Position numbers and translations under genes: made by a program | In this document: one piece after another, positions 1-8,738 of the stretch | How the letters are laid out: the number at the start of each line of letters is the position of its first letter | Position numbering within the stretch: position 1 is the stretch's first letter | Origin: an uncultured Opitutaceae bacterium | Lineage (GTDB): Bacteria > Verrucomicrobiota > Verrucomicrobiia > Opitutales > Opitutaceae | Assembly (NCBI GenBank): GCA_964541315.1 | Contig: CAZIQP010000003.1 | Coordinates: 1-64,000, forward strand | Direction of reading: 5' to 3' | DNA: 64,000 bases | Notes under the pieces: generated by a model | What the model saw: only the letters and a program-made list of their open reading frames with translations | Databases searched by the model: none | What the model was told of the DNA's origin: nothing

Positions 1-55
1 CGTCCAGGGAAAATAATCCGCCATTGCTCAAGTTACCAACGGGGCGCCACCGACC

Positions 56-1744
56 TCAGGTTTGGCGGTTTTTTTCCGCCCGCTTCCGGCGCTCCCGCAC
101 CTGGGTAAAGATAAGCGAGACCACCAGCAACACTGTGCCGAGGACCAAGAAGGAAACGATCCGGTAGGTGGAGCCGAACTCGGTGGAAGCCACGACCACG
201 ACGTAGCCGACCGTGAGCAGCAAAGTCAGGTGGCCCATCCAGCGGTACTTCGGGTTTTGCACCATCAGGTTCATCAGGTAATAGGCGAGGGCCACGCCCA
301 CCCACGAGAGGCTGACGTAGGCTCGCGGCATCAGATGGTAGAGTGCGTAGGGGAAGATCACGAACGCACTGGCGAGATAGGCGTTGCGCATCAGCTCGGT
401 TCTCAGTTCGAGCCGCTCTTTTTTCCAATTGAGAATGCGCGCCGTCAGCAGGGCCACGATGCCGAAGCCGAGGCTGATGCCGGACTCCTGTTTGGCGGCC
501 ACCATGTAGGCGAGCACGATGGCGACGTAGATGAAAAAATTGGCGACCACGATCAGGCGGGAGCGGAACCAGAGCGCGGTTGCGACGACCACGAGACTTT
601 GCGCGGACAACCAGATGAACACCTCCGGCGACGGAAAATGCCTCGCGATGGCGACACTGAGCGCCAGATAGCCCGTCATCGCATAGAAAAAGGTCGGAAT
701 CCGGCTCGCTTCGCTTTTCCAGAAGGCCACTGCCAGGCCAAGAAAGACGATGGCGGCGGTGAGATGGGCCGGAGTGAATAGTCCGGTTTCCATTTTTAGG
801 GATTGCAGGAGAAAGATTCCGTAACCTGCACCGCAATTGAACAGCACCGCCGCGATCGTTGCCGGATCATCCAGACTCTTTTCCTTTCTCCGCAAGGCCC
901 CGGCCGTGAAAATCATCGCATACACCAGAAGGAAATAAATCCCGACCACCGGTTCGGCGAGAATTTGAAAAGGCCGTCCCGCCCAGGGGCGGTTGATCAA
1001 CCACAGCAAATAGGTCGAGTAGACGGCGGGAATGGAGAAGACCAACAGGCCCGGCCACTGGTGCCGCACGGCGGCCCAGGCTGCAAACGAAGCCAGGAGG
1101 GCGATACAACCAAAAACGACCCACGGTGTGCCGATCACCAACACAGCCAGCAGACCCATGGAAATGGCCAGACCGAGGAGCCAGGGAGATCGTTGCCGAA
1201 CTGCCACGCCGAGATTTATCGCGGCTGTCGCCAGCAGCAAGAGTGGCGCACCGAGCGACTCGATTTCCATGGCATGGGCGGAGCCGAAGAAAAACAACCG
1301 CAGGGTGGAAAAGAAGAGGAGCACCATGCCTGCGCCGCGAAAAAAACTGGCGAGAAGCTCGAAGGTGTCTTGCCAGCGCCGGGCGACAAACAACAGGCCT
1401 GCAGCGAGGAGGTAACCGAAGGCAGAGGGCGCGGCGGCGGGCTGTCCCGGCCAGGGGAGGGATAACGCAAAACCGACCCCGCAGGTCAGAACCAGTGCGC
1501 CGACGCTGGCGAACCAGTTTTGACCGACGACGAACTCGAGTTCCTCTGCTTCCGGCGGTTTGATGGACACCGGACGGAGCGGCGTGGGTTCCGTGGCCGT
1601 GATGCTTTGTCCGGCTTGGCTTGGCGCCGTGGACGCCAAAGGACCCAGAGCGAGGTGTTGTTCAATGCGCGCCAGCCGTTGCTCAAGGCGCATCAGCGTC
1701 TCGGATAGGGTGGGCTCAGACCGGTTGGTGGAGTCGACGCTCAA
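56..1744 (-). CDS. Polytopic membrane protein, DUF2339-like
   Basis: N-terminal coiled coil (RLEQRLARIEQHL), then 'ELEFVVGQNWFASVG' and many hydrophobic helices, ending 'RIVSFLVLGTVLLVVSLIF'. TTG start is uncertain. Confidence 0.7.
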   Translation of the reverse strand: MSVDSTNRSEPTLSETLMRLEQRLARIEQHLALGPLASTAPSQAGQSITATEPTPLRPVSIKPPEAEELEFVVGQNWFASVGALVLTCGVGFALSLPWPGQPAAAPSAFGYLLAAGLLFVARRWQDTFELLASFFRGAGMVLLFFSTLRLFFFGSAHAMEIESLGAPLLLLATAAINLGVAVRQRSPWLLGLAISMGLLAVLVIGTPWVVFGCIALLASFAAWAAVRHQWPGLLVFSIPAVYSTYLLWLINRPWAGRPFQILAEPVVGIYFLLVYAMIFTAGALRRKEKSLDDPATIAAVLFNCGAGYGIFLLQSLKMETGLFTPAHLTAAIVFLGLAVAFWKSEASRIPTFFYAMTGYLALSVAIARHFPSPEVFIWLSAQSLVVVATALWFRSRLIVVANFFIYVAIVLAYMVAAKQESGISLGFGIVALLTARILNWKKERLELRTELMRNAYLASAFVIFPYALYHLMPRAYVSLSWVGVALAYYLMNLMVQNPKYRWMGHLTLLLTVGYVVVVASTEFGSTYRIVSFLVLGTVLLVVSLIFTQVRERRKRAEKNRQT

Positions 1745-1776
1745 TTGACTTGCGTGGATTCACTGGGTCTTCCGGT

Positions 1777-2286
1777 TTATCCCGAACAGCCGCAGCCTTC
1801 ACCGCCGCAGCCACCATGGGTGTGAGCGTGGCCGGAGCCGGGATCGATGCCCGCTCCGAGCTGGTCGGCCAATCCGCAAAGGATTTGGTAATATTCTTTA
1901 CGCGGCACACCGAGCGCGCAGGAGGCAAAGGTTTCGGCGTCGTCGGACGAGGCAAATTCGCCGTAGTTCACGGTGACGAGCTGGTAGAGCGCCAAGTGGG
2001 GCACCAGGCTGAGCTGCGTCATGTAGATCGGATGCACATAGAGCGTGAATCCTTCCTCGGGCATGTCGCCGTTGGGCTCGGGAAAAGCAAACTCGCCGGG
2101 ATTGAGTCGTGCGCTGTCGAATACCAGCGTGCACGGATAACGCACACAGGTGCGGTCTTTCAAAATAGATTGCAGCTCGGACCAGCCGACGTGCGGGCCG
2201 TATTTCTCGAAAATTTCGAATCCCTTGGCGGCGACATGCGCGTTGAGGGATTGTTTGGCGTCGTTGGCGGTGAGGTGCGTGGCCAT
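1777..2286 (-). CDS. Hypothetical protein with His/Cys-rich C-terminal tail
   Basis: 169-aa ORF, ATG start, 18 bp downstream of the NrfD-like gene; tail HAHTHGGCGGEGCGCSG. Confidence 0.75.
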   Translation of the reverse strand: MATHLTANDAKQSLNAHVAAKGFEIFEKYGPHVGWSELQSILKDRTCVRYPCTLVFDSARLNPGEFAFPEPNGDMPEEGFTLYVHPIYMTQLSLVPHLALYQLVTVNYGEFASSDDAETFASCALGVPRKEYYQILCGLADQLGAGIDPGSGHAHTHGGCGGEGCGCSG

Positions 2287-2304
2287 AGGCGTGGGAAGGT
2301 GCGG

Positions 2305-4047
2305 TTACGGTTTGGTGGTGGCGGCTGCCGGGAACGGGACCGCGGTATCGCCGCGTCCTTCCGGCCGGCCCTCGTTGGCCTTGGTGAGCCGGCCCTGCAA
2401 AATCGGCACGGCCATGCGGAGAAAGATGGTGTAGCAGAGCAGTCCGAGCGCCCAGATCCCGAGACACACGAGCGTTTCGTTGAGCGAAGGCAGATAATCG
2501 ACGACCGCTCCGAGGGGCGTGGGAATGAAACCGGGGATGACCAGGCCCATGCCCTTTTCAATCCAGATGCCGACGATGCTGAGCACGCAGGCGACGTTGA
2601 GATATTTCAGACTCTTGCTGAGAGGCAGCACGAGGATGACCATCGCGATGAGATTAAAACCGATGGCGCTCCAGATCCAAGGCACCAGGGCATGATGGCC
2701 CTCGAGGCCAAGAAAAAGATATTTGGCCGAGGCACCGTGCGTCGTGCCGGAGTAGAATTCCTTGAACACTTCGCACACCAGCAGGAAGACATTGATGATC
2801 ATCGAAACCTGCACGATGCTGCGCAAAATAAACAGGCTGCGGTCGGTGATCATGAGCCGCTCGGTCATCCTGGCGTGGACGATCTGCTCCATCTCGCGGG
2901 TTTCCATCAGGACTTTCAACGACGTGTCCGGCAGGCGCAGGATGCGGGAAGGTTCCTCGGCGATGGCCGTGGCCTCGCGGGCGGTGCCGTGGAGAGCGGA
3001 GACTTCGCCGAATTGATCGCCCGGTCGCGCCGTGCGCGTGATGCGGAACAGACCTCCTTCTTCCTTCTTCACGACGACGCGTCCCTGCAATACGAAAAAG
3101 GCAAAGTGAGAGGTCGTGCCCTGGCGAAGCAAAATATCACCGGCAGCCACATCGATGACCGAGGCACCGGCGAGGGCGCGCTCGCGATCAGCGATAGAGA
3201 CCCAGGCCATTTCGGGCAGCTCGCGGGAGAGTTGATAGAAGTCGGCGAGAGAGGCCGATGTGCCGGAGCGGTTGCTGGCGTCGGTGCCGGTTGCCAGTTC
3301 CTTGGCGGAGCCGCCGGCGGTCACACGCCGGACCACCTGCAGCGCCAGAATGATCAGGGCCGGACCGGCGGTGAAGGCCGAGGCGAGAAAACGCGGGCCG
3401 ACGATCGACGCATTCCAAAAAGGCCGACCGCCCAGACCCACGTAGAGAAAGGCGGTGACGGTGTGGATCGAAATCGCCCACACAATGGCGATGAAAACAA
3501 ACGGGATATAAAACCACCTGGCCGGTTTCCTTTTTTGGTAGCGGCAATAGAGGAGATAGCCGCAGATATGCACGTTGAGCAGGAGGTAACCGTTCAGCAC
3601 CAGAACATCCCAACTGAGCATCGAACGGGGAAAGTTCATCTGTCCGATTCCCGGAATGAGATGCCAGAAGCGGTCGGGCCGGCCGAGATCAACGGTGACG
3701 AAGGCCAGACACATGATGATCGCGGCGACGGCCAGAAGCTCGCCGAAGATGACGAGGTCGTGCAGCTCCTCGTTGTCGTAGATATAGACCGGGATGACCA
3801 TCATCACCGCCGCGGCGGCGACACCGACGAGGAACGTGAAATTGGCGATGTAGACGCCCCAGGAGACTTCGTCGCTCATGCCGGTGACGACGAGACCGTG
3901 GACCAGTTGCTTGGCGTAGGCATTGAGGCCGAGCAGACAGACGACCGTGAGAGCCCCCATCCACAGATAGTAGCGCCAGTCGCCGACGAAGGCGATGTTG
4001 GCGCACCGCCGGAGAAACACGAGGTAGTTGCGGGTGGCGGTGATCAT
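2305..4047 (-). CDS. NrfD/DsrP-family quinone-interacting membrane subunit with inserted cNMP-binding domain
   Basis: 'GMSDEVSWGVYIANFTFLVGVAAAA', 'VDLGRPDRF', 'SMLSWD', 'GIWIEKG' motifs and about 10 TM helices; soluble insert aa ~243-399 containing 'GDQFGEVSALHGTAREAT'. Confidence 0.9.
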   Translation of the reverse strand: MITATRNYLVFLRRCANIAFVGDWRYYLWMGALTVVCLLGLNAYAKQLVHGLVVTGMSDEVSWGVYIANFTFLVGVAAAAVMMVIPVYIYDNEELHDLVIFGELLAVAAIIMCLAFVTVDLGRPDRFWHLIPGIGQMNFPRSMLSWDVLVLNGYLLLNVHICGYLLYCRYQKRKPARWFYIPFVFIAIVWAISIHTVTAFLYVGLGGRPFWNASIVGPRFLASAFTAGPALIILALQVVRRVTAGGSAKELATGTDASNRSGTSASLADFYQLSRELPEMAWVSIADRERALAGASVIDVAAGDILLRQGTTSHFAFFVLQGRVVVKKEEGGLFRITRTARPGDQFGEVSALHGTAREATAIAEEPSRILRLPDTSLKVLMETREMEQIVHARMTERLMITDRSLFILRSIVQVSMIINVFLLVCEVFKEFYSGTTHGASAKYLFLGLEGHHALVPWIWSAIGFNLIAMVILVLPLSKSLKYLNVACVLSIVGIWIEKGMGLVIPGFIPTPLGAVVDYLPSLNETLVCLGIWALGLLCYTIFLRMAVPILQGRLTKANEGRPEGRGDTAVPFPAAATTKP

Positions 4048-4114
4048 TTTGCGCAGAGGTTGAAACGATGGCAGGCGAACATGACGGCAAATTTCCCTTG
4101 GTCTTCAGTCGGTC

Positions 4115-5065
4115 TCATTTGTCGAAGTAGTAGAAGAACCGCGGATTGGTGCCCATTTCCTCCTTCAACTGGATGAAGATGCGCTTCGTCCGCAGGATGT
4201 AGGAAATCTCGCTCTCGGGATCGAGGATGTTGCCGAACTTGCGCGCGCCCACCGGGCAGACTTCGAGGCAGGCCGGATATTTGCCGACGCGGGTGCGCTG
4301 GATGCAGAAGTGGCATTTTTCCATCACGCCCTGTTTGCGCGGGCGGTTTCCGAGGTAGGCCATCTCGGGATTCAGGCGGTCGGCGGGAATCTCGGGCTTG
4401 GTAAAATTAAAACGTCGCGCCCAATACGGACACGCGGCCTCGCAATAGCGGCAGCCGATGCACCAGTCGTAGTCGATCACAGTGATGCCGTCTTTCTCCT
4501 GCCACGTGGCGTTGACGGGACACACCTTCACGCAGGGCGGGTTTTTGCACTGCTGGCACTGGACCGGCATGTAGAAAAAGCCTTTGTCGGGCACTTCCTT
4601 GTCGTCGTAGGTGTGATCGCCTTTCTCGACGTCCATGGAGCCATGCGGCATTTTGAGCACGCGGATGTACTGGATCTCGGGGCTGCGTGACTGGTTGTTT
4701 TCGGCGACACAGGCGTGCACGCATTTGCGGCAGCCAATGCAGCGGGTGAGATTCAACGCGTAGACGAACTCGACCCCGTCCATCGGCTTGAGATCGCGGA
4801 CGTGCGGACGAATTCCGTACTGGTGTTCGACTTCGTTGGTGATGCGTTCGAGCACCTGCTTCATTTCCTGCGGCGTCAGCTCCTTGTAATATTTCTGCAG
4901 GAACTGTTCGGTCGAGGTGTAGTCGCCGAGTTCGCGCAAGGGGGACAGGCTGGTGGCCAGGGCGGTGAGGCCGGCGAAGGCGGCAGTCGAGCGGAGAAAG
5001 CTCCGCCGGTCCAGATTTTTGGAACCGGTTTCGGGAACTGAGGCGGTGGGTTCGGGAAGAGGCAT
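4115..5065 (-). CDS. Tat-exported 4Fe-4S dicluster protein (NrfC/DsrO/PsrB family)
   Basis: Twin-arginine 'DRRSFL'; Cys motifs CIGCRKCVHAC, CQQCKNPPCVKVCP, CIGCRYCEAACP, KCHFC...CLEVCP. Start reset to ATG at 5065, 1 bp after the upstream stop. Confidence 0.92.
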   Translation of the reverse strand: MPLPEPTASVPETGSKNLDRRSFLRSTAAFAGLTALATSLSPLRELGDYTSTEQFLQKYYKELTPQEMKQVLERITNEVEHQYGIRPHVRDLKPMDGVEFVYALNLTRCIGCRKCVHACVAENNQSRSPEIQYIRVLKMPHGSMDVEKGDHTYDDKEVPDKGFFYMPVQCQQCKNPPCVKVCPVNATWQEKDGITVIDYDWCIGCRYCEAACPYWARRFNFTKPEIPADRLNPEMAYLGNRPRKQGVMEKCHFCIQRTRVGKYPACLEVCPVGARKFGNILDPESEISYILRTKRIFIQLKEEMGTNPRFFYYFDK

Positions 5066-5066
5066 A

Positions 5067-5738
5067 TCAGTGCGTGGTTTCTGAATGAGCCGAAGGGGCG
5101 AGGGCGGTGCGCAGGGCGTGCGGGCCGGGAGCCGGCACACGGGTGGGAATGCGCGGAGCGTGAGGATTATGGCAGTTGGCGCAGTCGAGCTTGCCGGCCT
5201 CGCCGAGGGACGTGTTCCAGTAACCATTGATCCGGCCGTGGGCGCCGGCCTCCCAGTCGCGATAGTTCGGACCGTGGCAACTGCCACAAAGCTGCGTGCT
5301 GTCGGCAAACTTGATCTCGCGACCGTCGCGCACTTGCAGGGTTTCGAGATTGGATTCGTTGTGGCAGTTGTAGCAGAGATTGTTCCGGTTGTGCGTGCCG
5401 TGGCCCATGACGATGTCCTTGTGCTCCACCGGCACGATCAGGATGTTGTTGGCATCGAAACGCAGTTGCGGCGGTTTTTTCTTGTCGTGGCACGCATAAC
5501 AGTCGAAGTCCGACAGATCCTCCTTGGCGCGCACCAGATCGGCGTAAGTCTGGCGCCAGGGGGTTTTTTCCAGAAAAGATTTTTCAACGAGCGCGATGTT
5601 CTGGCGCGCCGGCGGATGACCCCACAGATCGCCGAGAAACGCGGCGGCCAGTCCGAAGAACACCAGCACCATGGCCCCGAAAACGTATCCCGTTGGGGAG
5701 GGTTTGGCCGCTTCGGGAGTGGAAGGTTTTAGCTCCAT
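5067..5738 (-). CDS. Membrane-anchored tetraheme cytochrome c
   Basis: N-terminal TM helix; four CXXCH (CYACH, CYNCH, CGSCH, CANCH). Confidence 0.9.
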   Translation of the reverse strand: MELKPSTPEAAKPSPTGYVFGAMVLVFFGLAAAFLGDLWGHPPARQNIALVEKSFLEKTPWRQTYADLVRAKEDLSDFDCYACHDKKKPPQLRFDANNILIVPVEHKDIVMGHGTHNRNNLCYNCHNESNLETLQVRDGREIKFADSTQLCGSCHGPNYRDWEAGAHGRINGYWNTSLGEAGKLDCANCHNPHAPRIPTRVPAPGPHALRTALAPSAHSETTH

Positions 5739-5764
5739 GGCGGGCCGGTGTTGGTGGCGCCGGC

Positions 5765-6094
5765 TTATTTCTTGAAGGCGCGGACCAGAGGAATCAGTGC
5801 CTTCATGTCTTCGTCGCTCAGTCCTTCAATCGCCTTCATGGAAGTCTTGCCGTTCTTGTCGGTGATGCCCTTTTTCATGGCCTCGAAGGCTTGTTCGTCG
5901 GTGAACGCGGACTGGACCTTGGCGTCGGTGAAATCGCCGATGTTGAGTTTTTTTCCCATCTTGGTCTGACCCTTGCCGTCGGGACCGTGGCACTTGGCGC
6001 AATGCTCATCCCAGTTGGCCTGGGCATCGGCGGCGGAGACGACGGAAGTGATACCGAGAAACAAAAGAACGGCGAGCAGATGTTGCTTTTTCAT
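5765..6094 (-). CDS. Periplasmic monoheme class I cytochrome c
   Basis: Signal peptide MKKQHLLAVLLFLGITSVVSA, CAKCH, candidate axial Met in 'KTSMKA'; start reset to ATG at 6094 (109 aa). Confidence 0.9.
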   Translation of the reverse strand: MKKQHLLAVLLFLGITSVVSAADAQANWDEHCAKCHGPDGKGQTKMGKKLNIGDFTDAKVQSAFTDEQAFEAMKKGITDKNGKTSMKAIEGLSDEDMKALIPLVRAFKK

Positions 6095-6142
6095 TTTTGG
6101 GATGGGTTGTCGGGAACGATGGCAGGATGGCGAACTGACAGC

Positions 6143-6156
6143 CTGACTATCGTCAA
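6143..6156. promoter_or_regulatory. Possible FNR/CRP-family box
   Basis: CTGAC-TATC-GTCAA resembles TTGAT-N4-ATCAA; lies between divergent cytochrome genes. Confidence 0.35.
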
Positions 6157-6334
6157 AATTCGTCAGGAGGACTACCAGCACCTTGGTCAAGACTGCGCAT
6201 ATCTTGTTTTCCGATTGGCGGGGAGAAAATGCGCCCGCGCTGTCCGGGCCGCGGCGAAGCAAGATACGCTCATCGGTGCGCAAGTGTTGCGGAGCCGAGC
6301 CCTGCGGTTTCCTGTAACATTGAACCAAGGAAAC

Positions 6335-8548
6335 ATGAAGGCTCCCGAATTATTCCGGTCGGGCCTGGGCGTGCTGACACTCATTCTGTACGTCGGAGCT
6401 GTCCGCGCCGCCGAAGCCGGAAATCGCGGGGCGGCGACTCCTGCGGTGCCCAACAGCGAGTGCATGGATTGTCATGCAGCGGAGTTTAAGCCGCGCAAGA
6501 AGGGGCTGCCGCCCGAATGGATCGGGGTGAAGCCCGAGGTGTTTGCCGGATCAGCGCATGGCAAGCTGAACTGTGTGGAATGCCACACCACGATCACAGA
6601 GTCGCCGCATCCCTCCAAGCTGCCGCCGGTCCAGTGTGTGTCCTGCCACGAAAAATCAACCGGCCAACACGCCTTTCATCCAAGGCTTGCGCTCACGCCC
6701 GTGCCAGACGGCAAGGACACATCGTGCAAGGAATGCCATGGCTCCCATGACACGGTGGCGGTGAAAAAGAACGGGTTTTCCTTTGCCAGTTCCCGGCAGA
6801 CCGAGACCTGCGGGCGCTGCCACGAGGGGGCGCAGAAAGCCTATCTCGCCTCGGCCCACGCGGTGACACCGGCCGGAAAGGAACGCATCACGCCCGACTG
6901 TCTTGGTTGTCACAAGGAGCGGATCGCCAGCCAGGGGCCGCGCCGCTCGCTCGGGGAGTTGAAACTCGCCCAGGCGAAACTTTGCGAATCCTGCCATGTG
7001 GGGAAATCCGAGGTCGTCTCCAAATCCAGTTTTGGGGCGAAGTTCGTTTCGTCGTTTGACCACTCCGTGCACGGGGCCGCATTGCAAGCGGGCCGCGCGG
7101 AGTCCGCCGGTTGCATCGATTGCCATGGCGCGCATGCGATGAACAAAGCCGCCGTCGCCGGGGCCAAAATAAACCGGATCAACCTCACGGGGACCTGCGC
7201 CAAGTGCCATCAGCAGCAGGCGAAGGAATTTGCGACCAGCGTGCATGCGATCGCCCTGAACCAAGGGAATCTCGATTCGGCCGGCTGCACGAATTGTCAT
7301 GGCGAGCACGACATCCGGCAACACACCGATCCGGCTGCGCCGGTGCACAAGGCCAATCTGGCACGGCAGGTCTGCGCCGAGTGTCATGCCTCGGTCCGTC
7401 TCACCAAGCGTTACGGACTCTCGAGCGACACGTTCAAAACTTTTTCCGACAGCTATCATGGGCTCGCGGTCAGGGGCGGTTCAGTGGAGGTGGTGAATTG
7501 CGCGAGCTGTCACGGTGTCCACGCCATCAAGTCGCAGGACGATCCGACTTCCACCGTCAACAAGGCCCATCTCGCGCAGACTTGCGGCGCGTGTCATCCC
7601 GGTGCCAACACCCGGTTCGCCATCGGGGCGGTGCACGCCAGCGAGTCGAAGCGCGAATCGTCGCCGTGGCTCTATTGGATATCTTCGCTCTACCTCTGGC
7701 TGATCATCGTGGTGGTTGGAGCCATGGCCGGGCATAACCTGCTCGATTTTACCAGGAAGACTCGCCACAAGCTCGCGGTCCAGAAAGGCGAGGCCCTGGA
7801 GCTGCACGTCGCGCACCGGCTCTATCTGCGGATGACTGCCCATGAACGCCTGCAGCACGGTTTGCTCGTCATCAGCTTCGTTGCCCTCGTGATCACCGGC
7901 TTCATGCTCCGTTTTCCCGAGGCTTGGTGGGTGGTCGGCATTCGTCGGTTCAGTTCCGGTGCCTTTGAGCTGCGCAGCCTGGCGCATCGCATTGCCGGGG
8001 TCGTCATGCTGCTCGGGGGCGCGTGGCATATCGGGTATCTTGCGTTTACGCGGCCCGGCCGGTCGCTCTTTTGGGATCTCCTGCCGCGCTGGCGTGATGT
8101 CACGGATCCGTGGGGCGTACTGAAATACAATCTCGGCGTCGTGAAAGACAAACCCGCTTTCGGCCGTTTCAGTTACATCGAGAAAGTCGAATACTGGGCT
8201 CTCGTCTGGGGCACGCTGCTCATGGGTGCTACTGGCGCGATCCTCTGGTTCGAGAATGCGTCGATGGGATACTTCACCAAGCTCGGCTTCGATGTCGCCC
8301 GCACGGTTCACTTCTACGAGGCGATTCTCGCCACGCTGGCGATCATCGTCTGGCACTTCTATTTCGTCATCTTCAACCCCGACGTTTATCCGATGAACCT
8401 TGCCTGGCTCACCGGCCGGATGTCCGAAGCTGAGATGAGGGAGGAACATCCGCTTCAGCTTGAACAAATGAAAGCAGCAGAACGGGCCGCTGCGGATGCG
8501 GCGAAGCCACCGGTTGGGAAGGAACGGCCACCAGGAAGCGCGGCGTGA
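6335..8548 (+). CDS. CbcL-like multiheme cytochrome c fused to cytochrome b (13 CXXCH)
   Basis: AAGGA RBS before ATG 6335, signal peptide, 13 CXXCH, C-terminal FdnI/HydC-type cyt b domain (ERLQH, AHRIAG, EKVEYWA, VHFYEAILA, WHFY). Confidence 0.9.
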   Translation: MKAPELFRSGLGVLTLILYVGAVRAAEAGNRGAATPAVPNSECMDCHAAEFKPRKKGLPPEWIGVKPEVFAGSAHGKLNCVECHTTITESPHPSKLPPVQCVSCHEKSTGQHAFHPRLALTPVPDGKDTSCKECHGSHDTVAVKKNGFSFASSRQTETCGRCHEGAQKAYLASAHAVTPAGKERITPDCLGCHKERIASQGPRRSLGELKLAQAKLCESCHVGKSEVVSKSSFGAKFVSSFDHSVHGAALQAGRAESAGCIDCHGAHAMNKAAVAGAKINRINLTGTCAKCHQQQAKEFATSVHAIALNQGNLDSAGCTNCHGEHDIRQHTDPAAPVHKANLARQVCAECHASVRLTKRYGLSSDTFKTFSDSYHGLAVRGGSVEVVNCASCHGVHAIKSQDDPTSTVNKAHLAQTCGACHPGANTRFAIGAVHASESKRESSPWLYWISSLYLWLIIVVVGAMAGHNLLDFTRKTRHKLAVQKGEALELHVAHRLYLRMTAHERLQHGLLVISFVALVITGFMLRFPEAWWVVGIRRFSSGAFELRSLAHRIAGVVMLLGGAWHIGYLAFTRPGRSLFWDLLPRWRDVTDPWGVLKYNLGVVKDKPAFGRFSYIEKVEYWALVWGTLLMGATGAILWFENASMGYFTKLGFDVARTVHFYEAILATLAIIVWHFYFVIFNPDVYPMNLAWLTGRMSEAEMREEHPLQLEQMKAAERAAADAAKPPVGKERPPGSAA

Positions 8549-8555
8549 TTTCAGG

Positions 8556-8636
8556 GAGGTAGGGCGCGACCGCTGGGCGCGCCGAAGGATTCTGCTGGCC
8601 AGCAGAACGGACGGCCCAGCGGTCCGTCCCTACCTC
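8556..8636. repeat. REP/REPIN-like long palindrome
   Basis: GAGGTAGGG..GACCGCTGGGC pairs with GCCCAGCGGTC..CCCTACCTC around the perfect palindrome TTCTGCTGGCCAGCAGAA (8590-8607). Confidence 0.75.
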
Positions 8637-8738
8637 AAACAGGTTTCCCGTGGATTCGTCTGTTTTGCCAATAAACGCCGACGAGCTTGCAAGGGCTGCG
8701 TAGCCAACTGCGCACTTTTTGCCGTATAGTAAATTATC

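Noticed and set aside
1621..4176. 851-aa plus-strand ORF
   Set aside because: Antisense shadow of the NrfD-like and neighbouring genes; no motifs; common in high-GC DNA.
2305..5738. Dissimilatory sulfate reduction inferred from DsrO/DsrP similarity
   Set aside because: No dsrAB, dsrC or dsrMK in the window; NrfC/NrfD-type pairs serve many complexes.
5693..6334. N-terminal extension of the 951-aa ORF
   Set aside because: Overlaps the minus-strand cytochrome c; RBS and signal peptide point to ATG 6335.
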